A stretch of DNA of 40,901 bases from an uncultured bacterium (GTDB taxonomy: Bacteria; Auribacterota; CAZIXI01). The notes below the pieces were generated by a model that was given only the letters and a program-made list of their open reading frames with translations, searched no databases and was not told where the DNA came from. The position numbers were made by a program, and so were the translations under genes. Location: assembly GCA_964543115.1 (NCBI GenBank), contig CAZIXI010000001.1, positions 1-40,901 on the forward strand, given 5' to 3'. Positions 35,901 through 40,901 of the stretch are shown here, in pieces. Numbering within the stretch: the first letter of the stretch is position 1; every line of letters begins with the position of its first letter.

Positions 35901-38900
35901 GTCAGCACCTCCACATTACTGACGTCAAACGCCGTTTCACCTTCAGCTGGCGGCGCCCGTTCCTCAATCTGCCTGATTCTCGCTGCCGCCTGATCAATCG
36001 CTTGCTGCTCACTAACAACCTGTGCCCCTTTATCCGCAATAATAGTGTCAACATATTCAGCCACACCCGCCAGATCCTCACTCGCCCAGGTGGCGCCCGG
36101 CGCCTTACTGGTCACCCCTGGCAACGTCGGCGCTTCCGGAGCGGTAATCACCGGAAGAGTAGGCGCTTCCCTGCTTATTACCCCCTCAGCCTCCGCCAAT
36201 GCCTGCTCCTGCTCCAGCTCATCCCGCTGCAACCGTGCCAATAGGCCTGTAAATTCTTGTTTCCGCTCTTCCGGTGCTATTTCCTGAGCCTGTAACAATA
36301 TATTTTTTGCCTCAACTAATTCATCCAGCTGATAGTGGAGTATTCCAATACTCTTTAAGACTCCCCATTTTTCCTCCGCCGGCGCCAAATCAGCAGCTTC
36401 CTGCAATTTGGCCATTCCCTTCTCTACATCTCCCTCTGAAGACAATATATCACCCAGACTCCTCAGTACGTTCCATTTGTTTTCCTCCGATACAATGGTT
36501 TCCGCCTTTTCCAGCACGGCAATCGCTTCCGCTACCTTCCTCTGCGCTCTCAGCACAACAGCTAAATTCACAAAATTAGCCCAGCTGTCTTCACCTTCCA
36601 GGGCAATACATTCATTGAAAATCTGCTCCAATTTAACCGCGTCATGTATGGTCTGTTCTTGCCAATATACATTAACTAAGGCTTGTAACTGCTGCAAGAC
36701 TGCTGCCTCATTGCCTTCCAGAGTTTTCATTTGCTCAACTTGTGCCCAAATACCATCAAACACCTCATTGGCCTCAGCCGGCTTATTCATCCTAACTAAG
36801 GTTTCTAACAGTTTCAGCTGAACCTGCGTATTGCCTTCCTCAGCCACCGCCTCCTGCCCGGCCAGTGACTGCAATTTCACAAGCATCTCATCTGAGCGCT
36901 TGCCGTCACTATCCTTTAATCCCTGGGCAACCTCCGCGTAGATGCCCGCCTGCTCAACAGCACTTTTCTTTCCCACAGCCTCTGAACTTGCATAAGCATA
37001 CACCTGCAACCAATCTCCCTGTTGTTTATGCACCCTGAACAGCTGTGCATCTACCGCCGCTATGCTGGCCTGCTGATTTTGCAGTTGAGGATTGGCAATC
37101 AATAAATCCTTAGCCTGCTGTAGCACACCAGCAGCCTTCGCTAACAGCACCTGATCCTCTCCGGCCTTTTCCACTGCCTTACCGGCAATCTGCTGATAGC
37201 GCTGCACCCTGTCAGAAACATCCTCTATAGCGTCAGCCATTTTCATCGCCTTATCTACATCACCTTGTTCCACCGCGGATTCAAACACTATTTTGTCAGC
37301 CTGCTCTTTTTCCTGACTGAACAGCGCCTTTAATCTGTCGTCAGACAATGTATCTATATTAGCCAGGATCTCTGTAGCCTGTTTAACCGACATCCCCTCG
37401 GCCTGCATCTGCATCTGCATCACTCGGGACATCGCCGTCTGCTGATCCATCTGCCCCGATTCCATCTGCTGCCTCAAGTCCGCCATCTCTTTTTCCATCG
37501 CCTTTTCCGCACCTGTCTGTAATTCCATAAGTGACTGTTTTACCGCTGCCATCTTTTCCATATCCTGCTGAGTAACCGAATACCCCAGCGCATTCAATAC
37601 TCCGGTCAATGCCCTTACATAACTCACAGCATTATTAGCATCCGCCTGGCTTAACCCCTTAAACGCCGCTGCCAAAGCGACATTATCCTTTGTGCGCATT
37701 CCAATAAGTTCACGGTCATAATTTCTATCTGCAACCAGTAGACCCACTGCCGCAAAAACTGTTTCCCTCACCTGACTGTCATTGGTGGTTAACAACAATT
37801 GGATGTACCCTTCAGCAAGCTCTTTCGGCCCGGCTAAACGCTTACTCTCGCGAATAGCCTTCACCGTACTATAAGTACCCAAAGCAGCACCGACAGCCAA
37901 TGCGCCCAGGGTAAACAACCCAGAACTTATTACGCCCGCACCCATCAGGCTCAGCGCGCCAACAGACACACCCAATTTCACCGCCGGATGCTTGAGCACC
38001 TCCAGTTGTGCCGCTTTTTCCGCACCCTCGGGAGTCTCAAACATCTTTGCTATCCTGGTACCGGCAAATTTCTGCGCAACCAAACCCTTGATTACATTTG
38101 TTACCCCGCCGCTTTGCTTCAACTGTAATCTGATCCTGGCAACAGTTGATGTCTCCGCCTTTTTCTGCAGCTTGGCCAATTCCGCTTTTTCCTCTTTCTG
38201 CTTAACTATATTTCCCCTGACCACCTGAGCTATTTCAACCTTCGTCCGGACCTCCGGCTGATCAATACCCTGAACCGCAGCTTCAACCTTCTCAATAACC
38301 GTTTTCATCTCCACCACATCTTGATCCTTACCAGTATACTCCGCCACTTTAGTAGAAATAGTCTGCGCCCTATCGGTCTGCCCGCTGGCAACATACAGCT
38401 GCGCCAGCACAACCAGCGAATCAATATTTGTTGCCATTACATTTACCTCAGCCAAATTATCCTCAGTAACTCCAACACTGCTCAATAAATCCGCCTCCGC
38501 AATCTCCATTGCTGCGGCCTCCTGTGCCTGGCCATTGGCCAAGTAAGCGCGTGCCAGCACCATATTCTGCTCTTCTGTCCGATCTTCAACCTGCGCCAGC
38601 GCTGTTGCTGCCTTATCATAGTTACCTTTCTGCAGATTATTTTCAGCTTTTAAGGTCACATTGTCCGGCTGAAGAGCAAACTGCAGGGCCTGATAAGAAT
38701 CTATATCACTCATCGCAGCTTTCATTTCTTCCGGATCTTTTTCCTGCTGTAAATTTTTAACTTGTTCTTCTGCCCAGGAAGCTACATCTCCCTGCGTCTC
38801 AGCTGTCATAAGCTGGCCGGCAATCTTATGCGCCGCCTCATCACTGGCCGTTTGAATACCTAATAAGTTTTTCACCAACGCTTGACTGAACACTGCAGTG

Positions 38901-40901
38901 ATTTCTTGCTCTTCCCCCTCCCTAATATCTCCGAATATCCCGTCTGCCGAGGCTATGCCAGTAACAAAACCAGACTGTAGCTCCTGATTTTTCGGGAAGA
39001 ATTCCGCGACCATACTTCTTATTTCACTGATCCTCTCTCGTTCCTTCTTACTATAGGTCGGCAGCAAGATGTCCGCCATCCCTTCTTCCCCTAGATTTTC
39101 AAAACTCATAATTCCTTTCTCTGCCTCTTTCAGCGCCTCTTTCTTTTCCTTTAATTGTTTATCTAATTTACGCATCTCTTTGCCTGCTTTGCGTTGACTC
39201 ACAGTACCTACTTGAAGCTTATACTGCTGCTCCCGCATTTCAGCTTCAATCTCACCTTTTTCTCTAGTCAAATTCACTGCCTGAGTGATTGTTTCTGCCG
39301 GAAGTGCCTGCTGAACTTTCTGTTTATCGGCAGCATCACCGTTCTCCAATATCCAGCCAGCCAGCTGTACTCCGGGCGCGGAAGAATTCAAAATATCCAG
39401 AAACACTCCCCCGCTCATACTAGCAGCAATACCGTAATCCTGCAGATTAGTGGCCAAAGTCACTACCTGGATAAAATCTGTTTCCGGTTGCTGCAACAAT
39501 TCATTAACCGCGGTTTGAATGCTTTCCGGCAGCTTGGCAGCAACCTTACCCCAATCACCCGAACTAAAATTCTTTATCCGAGTTATCTTGTCACTAGTTA
39601 TAAAAGGATCTATCTTCTTAAGAACTGACTCCAGATCTGCTCCATTGTCCTGGCAGAGTTGCTGAATCATTGTCACTGCCTCAATAGAATTTGTCGGCTC
39701 TGCTTTGCCTAAGACATTACCTAAGGCCAAGAATACTGCTTTTTCTTCTCCTTTTTCATCAGTGGCACTCTCTGCCAAGCTGCTTATCCAAGTAGGAACA
39801 ATGGCCAAAGAAGCATTACCGCGGGCAATAAATGTTTGGGCAAGAATATCCATAGATACACCCTTTTCTTGTAAACGATTCACCGCTTTTTCCCCGCCGA
39901 CTTTCCGCACGGCCTCAGTTAACGCTTCGGCTTTTGTCTTGACCGTCACCGCAGTCTCCTTGGCCCCCAGCGTGGCCTTGGAAGGAAGGATATCGCTGGC
40001 TAAGGTTTTTACAACACTGATTACATACTCTACTCCACCCTCCTGCGGCACACGGGCCAGGGACTTTTCCGGCATCTTGGCAGCCTCGATACTGTCCCAG
40101 GTTTTTTTATTGGTTACATCTATCTCCAGTTCCGCTGCCCGCTTATTGGCATAGGAACGCACTTCTTTTAATTTTCTGTTAGTGCCAATCTCCGTCCATA
40201 ACCTCTGCGCGGTTCTAATGGCGTTGTTCAGCATATTCTGGGCAATCTCTTCCGGCGAACGGTATTCTTTGGCGGTGAATATATCATCAGATTCCCCTTC
40301 CCCGCTGTTCAGCCGGTCCAGCATTTTCTCTAATATCTTCACTTCTGCACATTCCGCTCCCTTCATCTCTGTCAGTATCATGATCATCTCTTTTACCGGT
40401 TCTTTAAACAACTTACCCAGCACCTCACTGGAGATCTTAAACTCTGTGGAACTGCTCTTATCCACCAGGCCCATAAACCGAGCGTTAGCCTCCAGGCTGT
40501 TTAATAGTGCCTCTCCCGCCTCCCCTTTCGCCTTTTGGATTGTAAACTTCTGTAATTGGTCTGTAACCTCCATAAACTCCTCACTCATCGTTAACTCATT
40601 AGTCTTCATGAAGTTCCGCATTTTCAGGGCCTGCTGGCGAGTTTCTCCCAATGCCTTCATATCAAAGTGCAAATGCCGCATAGTCTCTTTTCCGCTTCTT
40701 CCCGCCCTGCCCAGAGCTTGTAATAGCAGATCACGGTTCATGGTATGGGCATCCAGAATTAACAGATTTATAGTAATTTTCTCTTTCGCCTTACCTGTAA
40801 CACCTTCCGGTGCTTCCGAGGCAAAATCCAGGCCCCGCATACCCAGATCAGTGGCCAACACTATCCGCCCACCATGCAAGCCGGCCTTGCCGGCAACTGT
40901 T
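32996..40901 (-). CDS. Giant multidomain protein (>=2634 aa in window, N-terminus right of window): SecA-type NBD2 end, TM hairpin, TPR-like repeats, kinase-like module and HExxH motif
   Basis: The track ORF is 32996..40879, but the 'M' at 40879 is an in-frame TTG. The frame stays open to 40900 (TVAGKAGLHGGRIVLATDLGMRGLDF). Stop at 32996. Confidence 0.9.
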   Translation of the reverse strand, partial: TVAGKAGLHGGRIVLATDLGMRGLDFASEAPEGVTGKAKEKITINLLILDAHTMNRDLLLQALGRAGRSGKETMRHLHFDMKALGETRQQALKMRNFMKTNELTMSEEFMEVTDQLQKFTIQKAKGEAGEALLNSLEANARFMGLVDKSSSTEFKISSEVLGKLFKEPVKEMIMILTEMKGAECAEVKILEKMLDRLNSGEGESDDIFTAKEYRSPEEIAQNMLNNAIRTAQRLWTEIGTNRKLKEVRSYANKRAAELEIDVTNKKTWDSIEAAKMPEKSLARVPQEGGVEYVISVVKTLASDILPSKATLGAKETAVTVKTKAEALTEAVRKVGGEKAVNRLQEKGVSMDILAQTFIARGNASLAIVPTWISSLAESATDEKGEEKAVFLALGNVLGKAEPTNSIEAVTMIQQLCQDNGADLESVLKKIDPFITSDKITRIKNFSSGDWGKVAAKLPESIQTAVNELLQQPETDFIQVVTLATNLQDYGIAASMSGGVFLDILNSSAPGVQLAGWILENGDAADKQKVQQALPAETITQAVNLTREKGEIEAEMREQQYKLQVGTVSQRKAGKEMRKLDKQLKEKKEALKEAEKGIMSFENLGEEGMADILLPTYSKKERERISEIRSMVAEFFPKNQELQSGFVTGIASADGIFGDIREGEEQEITAVFSQALVKNLLGIQTASDEAAHKIAGQLMTAETQGDVASWAEEQVKNLQQEKDPEEMKAAMSDIDSYQALQFALQPDNVTLKAENNLQKGNYDKAATALAQVEDRTEEQNMVLARAYLANGQAQEAAAMEIAEADLLSSVGVTEDNLAEVNVMATNIDSLVVLAQLYVASGQTDRAQTISTKVAEYTGKDQDVVEMKTVIEKVEAAVQGIDQPEVRTKVEIAQVVRGNIVKQKEEKAELAKLQKKAETSTVARIRLQLKQSGGVTNVIKGLVAQKFAGTRIAKMFETPEGAEKAAQLEVLKHPAVKLGVSVGALSLMGAGVISSGLFTLGALAVGAALGTYSTVKAIRESKRLAGPKELAEGYIQLLLTTNDSQVRETVFAAVGLLVADRNYDRELIGMRTKDNVALAAAFKGLSQADANNAVSYVRALTGVLNALGYSVTQQDMEKMAAVKQSLMELQTGAEKAMEKEMADLRQQMESGQMDQQTAMSRVMQMQMQAEGMSVKQATEILANIDTLSDDRLKALFSQEKEQADKIVFESAVEQGDVDKAMKMADAIEDVSDRVQRYQQIAGKAVEKAGEDQVLLAKAAGVLQQAKDLLIANPQLQNQQASIAAVDAQLFRVHKQQGDWLQVYAYASSEAVGKKSAVEQAGIYAEVAQGLKDSDGKRSDEMLVKLQSLAGQEAVAEEGNTQVQLKLLETLVRMNKPAEANEVFDGIWAQVEQMKTLEGNEAAVLQQLQALVNVYWQEQTIHDAVKLEQIFNECIALEGEDSWANFVNLAVVLRAQRKVAEAIAVLEKAETIVSEENKWNVLRSLGDILSSEGDVEKGMAKLQEAADLAPAEEKWGVLKSIGILHYQLDELVEAKNILLQAQEIAPEERKQEFTGLLARLQRDELEQEQALAEAEGVISREAPTLPVITAPEAPTLPGVTSKAPGATWASEDLAGVAEYVDTIIADKGAQVVSEQQAIDQAAARIRQIEERAPPAEGETAFDVSNVEVLTVDQGSQLGFAQRAGAAGVSNMVYFYGKKVGDKVQIYVTKALWNKIIREGAVALLAERIDHEWQELQNGKTHAQASQALWAFAEKGQPSEFLKFIVDQAVAEGDIDYLHSLISEHPNDPARIFADYVEGKIAFIGKRDLIQKISGQAVFPESVKSQCRVNEAGVLVWEDGRTYESIIQSTHEALVSVRVELEKNTDDFIRFVREKYQLDIDLADIREMALSFEKSGTQKDVYRVVFTLTGGKKMEVLFAALKIEKDVAGVKGKISDIELERLQKLSGSGLVPVYGWESESQGKRQFFEEWIDGDDVHDLIAADQFKEENLVALTRLWVRIAKRMYNLEGNLIYPDDRNEENTKFIVDTEASRVAGKRVYKQDPICVDIGEKFVAFSLRKYLESCYEQYGNIMEMDYLELTQAICAELMDVYTNEEIIALLREPSEVDEEVQGLMPDYGKIDRAMQQMQSVYAEARKDVEVTEEKGLAPVLLPVSMPAPGAVVSFLKPEARAAEPVRQRVDQLLKEKVNTGKVPAEFSGWTLSDGTAVVSGKLSAEKTFRSVVHEGVHTRIYDIARNGTEAERRALSRIMEIILTSKDVQEKFFPNLFADKYYDLQPSVWEEVLADFVENLGLGDAASPVFTHQKLGIEFELTKSGRDKEFVDLLTQLGFLDIAALTIANAEKFGFDPRKIELGARTAKGDYKKVSFVQKTKKMPVSDQVQLAADQAGRDIFQGGLSELGEMPEKPWSGTMVYVLDAPSLIKLGPDGKAQLTMKGLQIAAQARSLRGLEQEIRGRKVEIDVKFAFVNMKDDELPVSEEQIINLLLGQQSELYAGLVRTKQVREDVEKNKLTVLESIKKQIKTEDTVELVFVDNPSNWVAQFMEIVVGAVKAVVLESAIEGVEAQFVQQSLSEAFYLVLNSGGDPRVVEKRVREMLKAKIGDGYEIFMPKQNINGGWSAPPVPRVNVESLEKALATEHSA
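34232..34246 (-). other. HExxH motif (possible zinc metallopeptidase site)
   Basis: The minus strand reads CAT GAA GGT GTG CAT, encoding HEGVH in the context FRSVVHEGVHTRIYD. Confidence 0.35.
34650..35260 (-). other. Protein-kinase-like module in giant ORF 3, paralogous to that of the 837-aa protein
   Basis: VLFAALKIEK, FFEEWIDGDD, LIYPDDRNEENTKF (34850-34872) and PICVDIGEKF (34758-34790). The order and spacing match FALKVAI, YTEDWVDGP, SDVQPENVMF and VCVDIGK in the 837-aa ORF. Confidence 0.6.
37865..37985 (-). other. Predicted TM hairpin in giant ORF 3
   Basis: AVKLGVSVGALSLMGAGVISSGLFTLGALAVGAALGTYSTV is a roughly 40-residue Gly/Ala-rich hydrophobic stretch flanked by charged residues. 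Confidence 0.6.
40640..40900 (-). other. SecA-like NBD2 C-terminal motifs
   Basis: AGKAGLHGGRIVLATDLGMRGLDF corresponds to SecA AQAG..G.VTIATNMAGRGTDI. INLLILDAHTMNRDLLLQALGRAGRSGKETMRHLHFDMKAL corresponds to [42 protein letters not shown]. Confidence 0.7.

Overview
This 40.9-kb window is almost entirely coding and has no rRNA, tRNA, CRISPR array, transposase or integrase. All domain calls are by-eye motif matches; no database search was run. The source looks like an uncultivated PVC/Omnitrophota-like bacterium (H-X9-DG pseudopilin, GxxExxY gene, several giant ORFs), but that is inference.

Three giant minus-strand ORFs dominate:
- ORF 1, <1..8239, is at least 2746 aa and runs off the left edge. 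It is missing from the supplied ORF track. I translated it by hand and found one uninterrupted frame. It encodes a polytopic membrane protein with a complete SecA-type motor (NBD1-PPXD-NBD2) in its middle.
- ORF 2, 9559..15087, is 1842 aa. It carries FG-GAP repeats, a clan GH-A/GH42-like glycosidase and a poly-acidic tail.
- ORF 3, 32996..>40901, is at least 2634 aa and runs off the right edge. It starts in the window with SecA-type NBD2 motifs. These are followed by a TM hairpin, TPR-like repeats, a kinase-like module and an HExxH motif.

Between the giants lie:
- a hicB-hicA pair;
- an H-X9-DG pseudopilin;
- three paralogous secreted proteins of an unrecognised family plus a two-Ig-domain chaperone-like protein;
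- a sigma54-promoter operon containing an NtrC-type activator and a FecR-like protein;
- a GxxExxY gene bracketed by inverted repeats;
- a CHASE2/degenerate-GGDEF/histidine kinase;
- an MNT-HEPN pair, a PqiA/PqiB-like pair and a DUF4143-type ATPase;
- a secreted kinase-like/SAM-methyltransferase fusion behind a consensus sigma54 promoter.

The best candidate for something new is the pair of giant SecA-motor proteins. Supporting context is a kinase-like module shared between giant ORF 3 and the neighbouring secreted fusion protein, and sigma54-type promoters scattered through the window. A second candidate is the secreted-paralog plus chaperone-like cluster.
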